Shown: positions 19,103 to 30,890, counted from the stretch's first letter. The stretch is DNA of 64,000 nt from Methanocellales archaeon (GCA_038850275.1 JAWCLZ010000004.1:31946-95945); one strand, 5' to 3'. The notes: generated from the sequence alone by a model not told the origin. Program-made: numbers and translations.

Positions 19103-19684
19103 ATGAAGGTTTTACCAAGAGAATTTTATTCAAAAGACCCTGCTGTTGTTGCAAAAAACTTACTCGGCAAAGTGTTGATTAGGAGAATCAAAAGTGAATT
19201 GCTAATTGGTAGGATAGTGGAAACTGAGGCTTACTATGGCGAGAAAGACCCTGCATCTCGAGCTTATAAGGGTGTGAAGAATTTTAACAAACCAATGTGG
19301 GGAGAAGTAGGCAGGGCCTTCATATACATGGTTCACGCTAACTGGCTTCTCAATGCAATTGCCCACCCTGAAAATGAAGCAGGAGCTGTATTAATAAGAG
19401 CACTTGAACCACTCGACGGTCTGGAGGAAATGAAGAAACATAGAAAGATAAGCAATATAACTGAGCTCACAAGTGGGCCTGGGAAGCTCACTAAAGCAAT
19501 GAACATCACAAACAAATTAAATGGTGTTGATTTAACGAATATTGAAAGCGAGATTTTCATTTGCCAATTTGAAGAAGAAATGATTTTTAAAATTAGATCC
19601 AGCCATAGAATAGGTGTTTCAAGGGATCTACCTATAAAGCTCAGATTTTACATAGAGAGCAATCCATATGTTTCAAAAACCTAA
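19103..19684 (+). CDS. mpg: DNA-3-methyladenine glycosylase (AAG/Mpg family)
   Basis: GRIVETEAY, GAVLIRALEP, SGPGKLTKA, RIGVS motifs; alternative starts at 19061 and 19076. Confidence 0.92.
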   Translation: MKVLPREFYSKDPAVVAKNLLGKVLIRRIKSELLIGRIVETEAYYGEKDPASRAYKGVKNFNKPMWGEVGRAFIYMVHANWLLNAIAHPENEAGAVLIRALEPLDGLEEMKKHRKISNITELTSGPGKLTKAMNITNKLNGVDLTNIESEIFICQFEEEMIFKIRSSHRIGVSRDLPIKLRFYIESNPYVSKT

Positions 19685-19756
19685 TGGACCGGTCGGGATT
19701 CGAACCCGAGGCCTCCACCATGCCAAGATGGCGATCTACCGCTGATCTACCGGCCC
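19685..19756 (-). tRNA. tRNA-Ala(GGC)
   Basis: Acceptor GGGCCGG/CCGGTCC with G3:U70; anticodon loop TTGGCAT; GGTTCGAATCC. Confidence 0.97.
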
Positions 19757-19877
19757 AGTGAAATAAATAGCTTTCTATTTACTTTAAACTTTTGCTAAAT
19801 TCGGTAAATTCTAATTCGAGACCGTTAAAAGCTATAAATCCAAAAACAATTTATACTCTAGATAACATACTAAGCAC

Positions 19878-19952
19878 CGGCCCGTAGCTTAGCCTGGTTG
19901 GAGCGCACGGCTGATAACCGTGAGGTCCGGAGTTCAAATCTCCGCGGGCCCA
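19878..19952 (+). tRNA. tRNA-Ile(GAT), with a C1:C72 mismatch as encoded
   Basis: Anticodon arm CACGG-CTGATAA-CCGTG, T-arm CGGAG-TTCAAAT-CTCCG, acceptor CGGCCCG/CGGGCCC, discriminator A. Confidence 0.93.
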
Positions 19953-19990
19953 TGTATCACTTGAAAATAAGTTTAAAAAACAGCAGATCC

Positions 19991-20599
19991 ATGATGATAC
20001 CTTGGAAGGAAATAGAATCTTGGAGCTGCTTGGCCTGCGGGAAATGCTGCAGGAGGGGATTCTTAGTATATCTAAATCCATATGAGTATGCAAAGATTCT
20101 AAGATTTGCACCTTATGCACTTGATGTTAGCGGGAGCAAGCCTAGTTTGAAGAATACTAAAGGAAGATGCATATTCTTAAATGAAAATGGATTATGCGGG
20201 CTGCAGTTTTTTGACTTAAAACCAACTGCTTGCAAACTATGGCCATTCATAGTATGCAAAGAGCCAAAATCTTTTGAGCATAATAAAGCGAGGTTTTACT
20301 ACAAAAATGAGGAATACTATATTTATATAAATCCATCTGCTCGCAGTATTTGCAGCGGGATAGGTAGAGGCAAGCCTGAGGAGTTACCTTTAATTATTAA
20401 TGAAGTTATTGAAATCTATAGAGGGATCGCTAAAAAACAGCATTTCTCCACAGCTTACTTGAAAACTTTTACTTTGAATTTATATAGCTTCGTATCCCTA
20501 TCGAGCCAAGCATCAGGCATTAAACCCGCTTTCACGCAGCACTCGCTTAGAAAATCAGATCCATCCCAGCCATTTTCAACTGCAATTTGCGGGAGATAA
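19991..20599 (+). CDS. YkgJ-family cysteine-cluster protein
   Basis: CLACGKCC, CIFL..NGLC, KPTACKLWPF; the tracked start at 19898 lies inside the tRNA, so moved to ATG 19991. Confidence 0.85.
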   Translation: MMIPWKEIESWSCLACGKCCRRGFLVYLNPYEYAKILRFAPYALDVSGSKPSLKNTKGRCIFLNENGLCGLQFFDLKPTACKLWPFIVCKEPKSFEHNKARFYYKNEEYYIYINPSARSICSGIGRGKPEELPLIINEVIEIYRGIAKKQHFSTAYLKTFTLNLYSFVSLSSQASGIKPAFTQHSLRKSDPSQPFSTAICGR

Positions 20600-21018
20600 A
20601 GAGCGCGGTGGAAGCCTCTCTCGATCAATACGCCATCTTCCCCTATCTTTATTTGATCCGGCAAGGAAGCTCTATCGTAACCTTCAAATGGCTCTATGGA
20701 GCCAATAATGCTCACTTCCACATCCATTCCATCAAGGGTTTCAATACCATTTATTCGAGCGCGAATCGCAACCGCTACGGCTGAGTCCAAGGCTGCTTCA
20801 GCAGCTGGCTTAATCGGAAGAGGATAGCCCATTGAAAAAAGGTTTCTCTCTTTACCTCCCTCGATTTTCTTTAGTGATACAAAAACACCTATTTTATTAT
20901 TTAAAGCAGGAGGGATATTTTCAGGTAATTTTATTTTAACTCCATCCTTCAAATAAGCAGCAGCTGCTGCTCTTGCGATGTCAACGAGAATCTTAGCTTC
21001 TCTCTCCCCAATTTCCAT
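20455..21018 (-). CDS. AMMECR1-domain protein
   Basis: GVFVSL, DVEVSIIG, IGEDGVLI, ALYLPQIA, C.KAGL.PDAW motifs; the LRGCIG signature is replaced. Confidence 0.88.
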   Translation of the reverse strand: MEIGEREAKILVDIARAAAAAYLKDGVKIKLPENIPPALNNKIGVFVSLKKIEGGKERNLFSMGYPLPIKPAAEAALDSAVAVAIRARINGIETLDGMDVEVSIIGSIEPFEGYDRASLPDQIKIGEDGVLIERGFHRALYLPQIAVENGWDGSDFLSECCVKAGLMPDAWLDRDTKLYKFKVKVFK

Positions 21019-21059
21019 CTCACCAGATTTAAATAATACAAGTTTAAATAGCTATCTAT

Positions 21060-22775
21060 ATGAAGTTCGACGTGCTTTTCCTCCACCCTCCAGCTATCTA
21101 TGATTTTCGAAAGAAAGTATTATTCCCAGGTGGAGTTGCACGCACTGTTCCCTTTAGCACTTCACAGTTCCTCATCATTCCAATTGGACTATTAAGCATG
21201 GCTGAATATATAGAGCGACACGGCTTTAAAGCCAAGATCTACAACATTGGGGAAATGATGCTTGCAGATAAATATTTCGAAGTGGGGAATTTCTTAAAGA
21301 AAAAGGAGGCAGAGATTTTTGCCATTGATTTGCACTGGTGTGTTCACATTCAAGGAGCCTTAGAGCTCGCTAAACTCTGCAAGCAACTTAGACCCAGCTC
21401 AAAGGTATTGTTGGGCGGGCTTACTGCTAGCTGTTTTCACAGCGAGATAATTGAGAAGTTTAAGTTCATAGATTATGTAATTCGCGGAGAAGGAGAGGAG
21501 CCTCTGATTAAGCTATTGAATGAAAAGAACCTAGAAAAAGTTCCCAATTTAACCTATCGCTCGAGAGAGGGGCGAGTTAAAATTAATCCAATGGAGAAGC
21601 CCTGTGAAACTCTAGATGGATTTGATTTCACTCGTTTAGATTTAGTTGAGCCGCGAAACTTGCTGATCGATCGATCCCTAGGTGGAATTACCAAAAAATG
21701 GTGGTGCATACCATTTTGCAGAGGCTGTATTTATAATTGCGTTGGGTGCGGGGCCTCAGCTTATAGCTATTTAAAAATGTTCAATCGCCAGAGACCTGCG
21801 TTTCGCAGCCCAGAGAAGATCGCTGAGGATATAGAAAAGCTCAAGCAGCATGGCATAAACTTAATTTCCATTTTTCAAGACCCGAGAATGGGCGGGGCGA
21901 GATATGTGGAAAAGTTGGTTTCGATTTTCAAAAGGGAAAAAATCGATTTAGATGGAATGGACATGGAACTCTTTTCCCCTGCTAGCGAGGAATATTTAAA
22001 GAGCCTAAGCTCAATTGGTGTGCCTCTAGCCCTTACTATATCTCCTGAGTCAGGGGTTGAGAGTGTGCGAAGTGCACATGGGAGAAAGTATTCAAATAGC
22101 GAGATCCTGCGCACGGCTGAGCTTTGCCAGAAATATAATATAGACCTAGGTATATTCTTCATGCTTGCTCTTGGCGAGGAAACACAAGATAGCTTGAGGC
22201 AGACTTGGGATTTCTGGGAAAAGTTTTATCAAATGAATTTCAATTCCCACCTCAAAGGTAAGTGCATATCAATGGTTAAACCTGAATTTGGCTTCATGCT
22301 TTTGCTTGACCCTGGCTCGCTTGCCTTTGACTTTCCAGAGGAATATGGCTATAGATTGTTTTTCAAGAATGCTGAGGATTATTTTAAAGCCATGTCCATG
22401 CCCTCTTGGCATCTCTGGCTGAGCTATGAAACTAAATATCTAAGTAGAAAAGAGATTCTCATGTTAATTTTGGAATCACTCGAGAAAAAGCTAGAGCTTG
22501 AAGAAAAATATCAACTTTTTGAGCATCCCTCAATAAATGCTAGCCTTGTTTTTGAGCGCTTTAAAGTAAAATCTTGGCATGCGGTTGCTGAGAAGGTGGA
22601 TGAAATTCTAGGCACTTCGCAGGAGGCTGAGAGATTACTTGAACTCAAAGAGGTACTTGAGGAAAATTTAACTCTAGATAGACCACCGAGGCTTGAGATG
22701 AGGGATCGCTTTGGCTATCGCGAGCTATTCGAGGTTCTAGCTTTTCAGTCAATGGGACTTATGAGTGGTGCTTAA
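21060..22775 (+). CDS. B12-binding radical SAM protein (resembles the Ta0216/TIGR04190 type)
   Basis: N-terminal HPPAIYDFRK, IDLHW, GGLTAS cobalamin domain; CIYNCVGC motif; ISPESG. Confidence 0.85.
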   Translation: MKFDVLFLHPPAIYDFRKKVLFPGGVARTVPFSTSQFLIIPIGLLSMAEYIERHGFKAKIYNIGEMMLADKYFEVGNFLKKKEAEIFAIDLHWCVHIQGALELAKLCKQLRPSSKVLLGGLTASCFHSEIIEKFKFIDYVIRGEGEEPLIKLLNEKNLEKVPNLTYRSREGRVKINPMEKPCETLDGFDFTRLDLVEPRNLLIDRSLGGITKKWWCIPFCRGCIYNCVGCGASAYSYLKMFNRQRPAFRSPEKIAEDIEKLKQHGINLISIFQDPRMGGARYVEKLVSIFKREKIDLDGMDMELFSPASEEYLKSLSSIGVPLALTISPESGVESVRSAHGRKYSNSEILRTAELCQKYNIDLGIFFMLALGEETQDSLRQTWDFWEKFYQMNFNSHLKGKCISMVKPEFGFMLLLDPGSLAFDFPEEYGYRLFFKNAEDYFKAMSMPSWHLWLSYETKYLSRKEILMLILESLEKKLELEEKYQLFEHPSINASLVFERFKVKSWHAVAEKVDEILGTSQEAERLLELKEVLEENLTLDRPPRLEMRDRFGYRELFEVLAFQSMGLMSGA

Positions 22776-22856
22776 GAATTTTACCATTTCAATTTCAATA
22801 AACATATATAGTAGGAAGAGTATTTAAATTGCAAAAATCAATGAGGGAAGAACATT

Positions 22857-23126
22857 ATGAAGGTTCCATCTGAATGTTGCGGCTCAGGTATGTGGTGGGA
22901 ATATATTATAGGGAATATATATGAAGCTAAATGTCCAAAATGTGAAACTGGGTATCTACGCAAGGGCGAACTATATTATATCAAGAAAAAAGGTGAAACT
23001 CAATATAAATGCCCAGTATGCGGCACAGAAATAATAGAGGCAAGCGTTCCCCATCCATATCGACCTAGTTATTCAGTATTCGTGCCATACTGCCCCAAGT
23101 GCGAGCCCAAACCTGAAAAGGCTTAG
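22857..23126 (+). CDS. Small zinc-ribbon protein
   Basis: CPKC, CPVC, CPKC plus an N-terminal CC in 89 aa. Confidence 0.7.
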   Translation: MKVPSECCGSGMWWEYIIGNIYEAKCPKCETGYLRKGELYYIKKKGETQYKCPVCGTEIIEASVPHPYRPSYSVFVPYCPKCEPKPEKA

Positions 23127-23275
23127 TGCTCCTCGCACTTCCATTCTTCTATCATCTCAAAAAGCGTAGCTTCAGGTAGCTTTCCCTGCATATCTTCATT
23201 CGCTCCACATTTAGGGCACTTTTGATGTGCCTTTTCAGCTTTATAAACAAATCTGCATTTCACGCAGATCCACAT
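23123..23275 (-). CDS. Rubredoxin-like microprotein
   Basis: MWICVKCRFVY...CPKCGA; start moved to ATG 23275, downstream of the feoB stop. Confidence 0.5.
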   Translation of the reverse strand: MWICVKCRFVYKAEKAHQKCPKCGANEDMQGKLPEATLFEMIEEWKCEEH

Positions 23276-23339
23276 TTGCTCTTGATTTATAGGAAAACCT
23301 CCACTTTGATGTAAATTCCTTTTCAATATAAATTCTTTC

Positions 23340-25277
23340 TCAATATAAAAATCCAAGTATTCTATATGCAATTCCACCTATGAATATAGCCAAGGCTATT
23401 TCAAATAAAGCTATGAAGAGTGCTTTTCTCCAGTCTAGTTCTTTAATCAAAGCAGCTATTGTTGCAATGCATGGTATATAAAGCATTGTTACAAGTGCAA
23501 ATACAATCATTTGTTTTTGAGTCAATACAAGGCTAAAATTACTGGTTCCAAAGAGAGATGCGAGCATTATAAGCGTGAGCTCCTTGCGGAGTACTCCTAA
23601 AATGAACGCTACTCCAGTTAAGCTTGGCAGCCCTAGCCAGGTGACAGTGACTGGACTCATTAAATTTGCAATTGACTCAAGTAAATTTGCAAGCTCAAGA
23701 ATTTTGATGCTTAAACTTCCAATTATTATCAAGGGAAAAGCAACAGATATGAAATCCTTCACTCTAAACCAAGATTGCTTTGCCACAATTTTCAACGAGG
23801 GCTTTCTATAGGCAGGTATTTCCATTATTAATCCCACTGGCTCGCCTGGGAGGGCCTTAAATGCCACTCTGCCTAGAGCAAAGATCAAAAGCAGGTTGAG
23901 TATATATAGAGCTATAGCCCAGTTTATGCCAACGAATGTGCTTACTAAGCCCAGAATTACAATTGTTCTAGCTGAACATGGCACGAGTGTGGTGATGAAT
24001 GCAGCGATTAATCGTTCTCGCGTTGTCTCCATTATTCTACATCCTAAGCAAGCTGGTACATTGCAGCCGTAGCCTAGAATCAATGGAATGAATGCTTTTC
24101 CATGCAGCCCAATTTTATGCATAAAGTTATCCATCATAAATGCAGCTCTAGGGAGATAGCCTGAGTCTTCGAGGATTGCGAGGAAAATGTAAAAAGGAAT
24201 AATATATGGCAATGCAATGGTAATACCAGCTATTACTCCTTCAAGAATCCCTTCCCAGATTAATTTAAACAGCACGCCTCCCCCAAGGGCTATTTCAACT
24301 GGTGTTTTGATTTCTTCAAATGAATTGGCTATGAACTCTGATAATGTATTGCCAAGAGTGAATACCATATAAAAAATGGTGAGCATTAAAGCAAAGAGAA
24401 ACAAATATCCCCAGATTTTATGCATAATCAAATTATCAATTCTATCTACGAATCGAGCTTTCTTTGGTGCAATTATGCGCTGAACTTCCCTAGCTATTTT
24501 ACTGGCAATATCATATCTCTCAGAAGAAATCACAACTGAACATGGCTCTCCATGGATATCTTCGATTTCCCTTGCATGGCTTCTAGCAATTTGAATGATT
24601 TGCGGGTCAATTGCTTCTACGAGTTTAATTACCTCTTCATCGCCTTCAAGCAGCTTTATGGCCACCCACCTTGAGGGGTACTCTATTTTGAGCTTGAGTT
24701 TTGAGGTTAATGCACTGATTTTCTCTATTCTCTCCTCCACTTCTTTTCCATATTTTATCTTAACTTGCTCAAGCGGTGGTTTCTCTATTGTTTCAATTGC
24801 TTTTTTTATCAAACTCTCGATTCCAATGCCCTTGATGGCAACTGTAGGTACAACAGGAACCCCCAAGAGTTCCTGCATCCTTTCGTGATTAATTATGAGG
24901 CCTTTCTTTTCAGCTAGGTCGATTTGATTTAGAGCTATAACAAGTGGAGTTTCAAGTTCGAGAAGTTGAAGTGTGAAAAATAGATTTCTCTCTAAAGTTG
25001 TTGCATCTAAAACATTTATCACCAAATCTGGTTTTTCTTTTGCAATATATTCCCTTGAGACAAGTTCTTCTAGGGAAAAAGTGGTGAGGGAGTAAATCCC
25101 TGGGAGGTCTAGGATGTTTATGTTATAGCCTTTGTAGTGCAGCGTCCCCTCTGCTCTTTCAACAGTTTTACCTGGCCAGTTCCCGATGATTTGATTTAAA
25201 CCTGTGAGTTGGTTAAATATCGCGCTTTTACCAACATTTGCATTGCCTGCTAGTGCAATGGTGAGACTCTTTTCCAT
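23340..25277 (-). CDS. feoB: Ferrous iron transporter B
   Basis: [25 protein letters not shown]-motifs; GYGCNVPA and PCSAR gate motifs. Confidence 0.97.
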   Translation of the reverse strand: MEKSLTIALAGNANVGKSAIFNQLTGLNQIIGNWPGKTVERAEGTLHYKGYNINILDLPGIYSLTTFSLEELVSREYIAKEKPDLVINVLDATTLERNLFFTLQLLELETPLVIALNQIDLAEKKGLIINHERMQELLGVPVVPTVAIKGIGIESLIKKAIETIEKPPLEQVKIKYGKEVEERIEKISALTSKLKLKIEYPSRWVAIKLLEGDEEVIKLVEAIDPQIIQIARSHAREIEDIHGEPCSVVISSERYDIASKIAREVQRIIAPKKARFVDRIDNLIMHKIWGYLFLFALMLTIFYMVFTLGNTLSEFIANSFEEIKTPVEIALGGGVLFKLIWEGILEGVIAGITIALPYIIPFYIFLAILEDSGYLPRAAFMMDNFMHKIGLHGKAFIPLILGYGCNVPACLGCRIMETTRERLIAAFITTLVPCSARTIVILGLVSTFVGINWAIALYILNLLLIFALGRVAFKALPGEPVGLIMEIPAYRKPSLKIVAKQSWFRVKDFISVAFPLIIIGSLSIKILELANLLESIANLMSPVTVTWLGLPSLTGVAFILGVLRKELTLIMLASLFGTSNFSLVLTQKQMIVFALVTMLYIPCIATIAALIKELDWRKALFIALFEIALAIFIGGIAYRILGFLY

Positions 25278-25283
25278 AAATTA

Positions 25284-25985
25284 TTACCTAGTTTCCACGA
25301 ACACTTTAGACGCAATTCCCCTTCCAATTGCTAGATTACTCCCGCGCACGCATATCTCAATGGGTCCTGCAAGCGGTGCTATTCTGAGAACTTCAATTTC
25401 AGTATTCGGGCACAAGCCCAAGTCAACTAAGCGCTGAACAACACCTCTACCGCCCCTTATAAATGCCACTATCCCCTTCTGCCCTACTTTCAAACTAGAG
25501 AGGGGGATGAGTTCTTTCTTCCTTTTTTCAAAGCTGGTGCTCTCTTTTTGCACGCATTCTAAGCAGCTTGTAACTTCTTTGTTGCAGAGTGGTATGGTTT
25601 TATCGTCATCTGGACAGGTATCTGGAAATTTAAGCACTTTGCAGAGTGCTTCTTCAACTTCATCTGATAATGAGTGTTCCATTTTACAAGCGTGCTCGTG
25701 AACTTCTTCTTTTTTAATTTTAAGAACATCGCTTAAAAATCGCTCAAGGAGGCGATGCTTTCGCTTTATCTTCTTCGCAACTTCAAGTCCATTTTTTGTA
25801 AGAGTAACTCCTTTATAGGGCTCGTAGTCGATGTATCCTTCGCTGGAGAGCTTTCTGAGCATCTCGGAAACACTTGAAGGCGCTATATTTAAGTGCTTTG
25901 CAACTTCACTTGTTCTAGCTCTCTTGCCCTCTTCAGTCAGAGTGTAAATTGCCTCTAAATATTCTTCTACATTTTCAGTTACCAT
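25284..25985 (-). CDS. DtxR/MntR-family metal-dependent regulator with C-terminal FeoA domain
   Basis: EEYLEAIY, HTH, RKHRLLERFL, ACKMEHSLS; C-terminal RLVDLGL...GPI..RGSNLAIGR FeoA. Confidence 0.93.
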   Translation of the reverse strand: MVTENVEEYLEAIYTLTEEGKRARTSEVAKHLNIAPSSVSEMLRKLSSEGYIDYEPYKGVTLTKNGLEVAKKIKRKHRLLERFLSDVLKIKKEEVHEHACKMEHSLSDEVEEALCKVLKFPDTCPDDDKTIPLCNKEVTSCLECVQKESTSFEKRKKELIPLSSLKVGQKGIVAFIRGGRGVVQRLVDLGLCPNTEIEVLRIAPLAGPIEICVRGSNLAIGRGIASKVFVETR

Positions 25986-25994
25986 AGATATAAG

Positions 25995-26033
25995 TTAGGA
26001 TAGCCTAAAAGAAATATTTTTTGGCAAGCCTAA
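25995..26033. promoter_or_regulatory. Two DtxR-type operator boxes
   Basis: Perfect TTAGG-ATAG-CCTAA at 25995-26008 and near-perfect TTTGG-CAAG-CCTAA at 26020-26033, directly upstream of the dtxR-feoB operon. Confidence 0.8.
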
Positions 26034-26051
26034 TTTTTTCTAGAAAGCAAA

Positions 26052-26870
26052 ATGTTTTTATTCTACCTTGATATATTTATTATTCAAAACTGGAGGGAAC
26101 TAGAAGTTAAGCGCATTGCCCTAATTACGGAGAATTTTGCATTCTACCAGACATTGGTAGCTGAAATGCGCTCCCGTGGATTGAATTTCATTGCTCTTTC
26201 TCCAGAGGAAGCTATTCCCCCCAGTGTAGGTGCTATTATCACTACAGAAGATGAGGTAGATAAGATAGATTTTGATGAAAGCAAAATCGTGGTCGCGAAG
26301 AAACCCCGCGTGGCAATCGATAGAGCTCTGCAATTACTCCGTGGAAAGCGCAAGTATAGAGAGATCATCATTGGAATAGACCCAGGCAAGCGGCCTGGGA
26401 TAGCTGTACTAGGCGATGGCACAGTAATCGCAGTTCATCAAACTTCCTCGAGTGAAGTTTATGAAGTGGTTAAGCAAATCATTAATGAATATCACGCGGA
26501 TCAATTTATAATAAAAATTGGGCATGGAGCTAGGTTGATTCGGAATCAAATTATCAATTCACTCATCGATTTAGAGCTTCGCATAGAATTAGTGGATGAA
26601 AATGGCACAACTCCTCGCTTGGGTAAAGGTGTACATGGGTCTCAAATTTCGGATATCGTGGCAGCGATCAACATTGCTAAGCTGAAGGGTGAAATAATTG
26701 GAAGGCAAAATATAGAGCCAAGCCTGGGCGAGGTGAAGGAAATTCAAGTGCTGAGTAGAGAGCTAACCAATGGCAGAGCCACGATATCGATGCAGTTAGC
26801 TAGAAAAGTAGCTAAAGGAGAACTCACCATCTACGAGGCAATTGAGAGATATAATAAAGATAAAAAATAA
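26052..26870 (+). CDS. Conserved archaeal protein with an RNase H-fold (YqgF/RuvC-like) motif
   Basis: IIIGIDPGKRPGIAV motif, LVDENGTT; start uncertain. Confidence 0.6.
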   Translation: MFLFYLDIFIIQNWRELEVKRIALITENFAFYQTLVAEMRSRGLNFIALSPEEAIPPSVGAIITTEDEVDKIDFDESKIVVAKKPRVAIDRALQLLRGKRKYREIIIGIDPGKRPGIAVLGDGTVIAVHQTSSSEVYEVVKQIINEYHADQFIIKIGHGARLIRNQIINSLIDLELRIELVDENGTTPRLGKGVHGSQISDIVAAINIAKLKGEIIGRQNIEPSLGEVKEIQVLSRELTNGRATISMQLARKVAKGELTIYEAIERYNKDKK

Positions 26871-26914
26871 ATAAAAAATAAAATTAAACGAAAAATCGAG
26901 AAAAAATTATTACT

Positions 26915-28111
26915 TCATAAATTAATAAATTGCTTCCTAGCGGTTTCCTCAGCTTTTTTCAAAACCTCTCTAATAGGTATACCTAGAGAGCGCGAGAGCT
27001 TTTTTGCATCCTCAAACTCTGCAGCGATGTTCAATATCCTCCCATTTAAATCCCTTGCAATCTTAACCCGCAATTCTTGCTTCACAACTCCAAAGTCAAC
27101 CTCGATCTTCTTAATCTCCCTGTTGGCAATTAATCTATGATGCACTGGTATATACCTAATACCCAGCGATCCAGTTTCCTCAATCATTTTCCTAGCAAGC
27201 CTAGAGCTATCACTCGGCTTTGCAATCACCTGTATTACGTGACCACTCCTCCCCTTCTTCATCACCGCTGGGATAATAGCTACATCTAGAGCTCCTGCTG
27301 TTAGCAATTCCTCTATCAAATTCCCTAAAATTTGACCAGTGGTGTCATCGACATTAGTCTCAAGCACTTCAACTTCATCCCTGATCAAAGCCTCATCGAT
27401 CTCCCCAATTGCAATCCTCAATACATTTGAGACTTCGAAATCAGCATGACCAGCGCCATATCCAACTTTTTCCACCTTAAACTGCGGATAGAAGTCCTCG
27501 CATATATCAGTTAAATATGCGAGAATAGCAGCTCCAGTGGGCGTTAAAAGCTCAGCTTCAACCGGCCCACCCTTGAATTTTAAATTATACCCCTGCAGGA
27601 TCTCCAGCGTGGCAGGCGCGGGCACAGGAAGTGAACCGTGAAATGTTTTCACTATTCCACCTCCCACTGAAATTGGCAAGCAATATACCTTGCATTTATC
27701 CAAATTTAGATCGCGATAGGCAACGCAAGCCCCAATCACATCTGCTATTGCATCTGCAGCGCCAATCTCGTGGAAATGCAGATCTTGCTTCGCCACGTTA
27801 TGTATTTTAGCCTCAGCGCTCGCTAGGATATCAAATATAGCTAGGGCATCTGATATTACAGCTTCATCTAGCTGGGAATTTTTTATCTCCTCAATCATCT
27901 CAAGATATCTTACAATCTTCCTCTCGCTCAAAACTGCCACTTTAGTTGCAGAGATACCTCTTTTCACAACCTTTTCCAATTGGACGCTTACCCCAGCTAT
28001 GCTCTCCATCGCATTCTTAACCTTTTCACGATCTGCACCTAAGTCTAATAATGCAGCTATTATCATATCCCCTGAAGCGCCGCAGAATGGCTCAAATACA
28101 GCTGCTTTCAT
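26915..28111 (-). CDS. larC: Nickel pincer cofactor biosynthesis protein LarC
   Basis: GASGDM, HFHEIGA.DAIAD, ELLTPTGAAIL, LETNVDD, MKKGR, EFED. Confidence 0.93.
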   Translation of the reverse strand: MKAAVFEPFCGASGDMIIAALLDLGADREKVKNAMESIAGVSVQLEKVVKRGISATKVAVLSERKIVRYLEMIEEIKNSQLDEAVISDALAIFDILASAEAKIHNVAKQDLHFHEIGAADAIADVIGACVAYRDLNLDKCKVYCLPISVGGGIVKTFHGSLPVPAPATLEILQGYNLKFKGGPVEAELLTPTGAAILAYLTDICEDFYPQFKVEKVGYGAGHADFEVSNVLRIAIGEIDEALIRDEVEVLETNVDDTTGQILGNLIEELLTAGALDVAIIPAVMKKGRSGHVIQVIAKPSDSSRLARKMIEETGSLGIRYIPVHHRLIANREIKKIEVDFGVVKQELRVKIARDLNGRILNIAAEFEDAKKLSRSLGIPIREVLKKAEETARKQFINL

Positions 28112-28176
28112 TCATCACACTCCTTGATAGCAACCCTTAATTATTAGGCAAACTAAATATTTTAAATCATGTATAG

Positions 28177-30414
<2,238 letters not shown>

Positions 30415-30425
30415 ATTTCCTCTAT

Positions 30426-30830
30426 TTATTTTTTGAAGAAAAGCCAGCTATTTTCGCCCGCCTTTGGATATCTCAATAGCACATATATTCCATTTAAGAT
30501 CCTACCGTGGAGTGCAACCTCTATTTTTCCACTCTCTCTTTTGATCAATTCAAACTCACCTCTATCCCAGATCTCCACCTTGCCAGCTCCATATAATCCC
30601 TCTGGAATTATACCCTCAAAGTCAGCGTACTCCAGAGGATGGTCTTCAACTTGAATTGCAAGGCGCTTCACACCCTTTTCCACAGGCGGCTCTTTAGGCA
30701 CAGCCCAACTCTTTAGCACGCCATCCAAGCTAAGCCTGAGATCCCAGTGGAGATTCCTAGCAGCGTGCTTCTGCACCACAAAAATCCTATGAGGAATCGA
30801 GCTATTCAGCTCAAAATCCTCTGTTGGCAT
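30426..30830 (-). CDS. Stand-alone LigD-type 3'-phosphoesterase
   Basis: FVVQKHAARNLHWDLRL, SWAVPK, RLAIQVEDHPLEYADFEG.IP.G.YGAG.V.IWD.G. Confidence 0.92.
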   Translation of the reverse strand: MPTEDFELNSSIPHRIFVVQKHAARNLHWDLRLSLDGVLKSWAVPKEPPVEKGVKRLAIQVEDHPLEYADFEGIIPEGLYGAGKVEIWDRGEFELIKRESGKIEVALHGRILNGIYVLLRYPKAGENSWLFFKK

Positions 30831-30890
30831 ATAGCAATTTATCTTCCTCGCTATAGATAGCTGCTTCGCTTCAAAATATTCCTTTAATGC

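Noticed and set aside
19851-20120. ORF antisense to tRNA-Ile, and the tracked + strand start at 19898
   Set aside because: Both run through the tRNA gene; the YkgJ protein more plausibly starts at 19991
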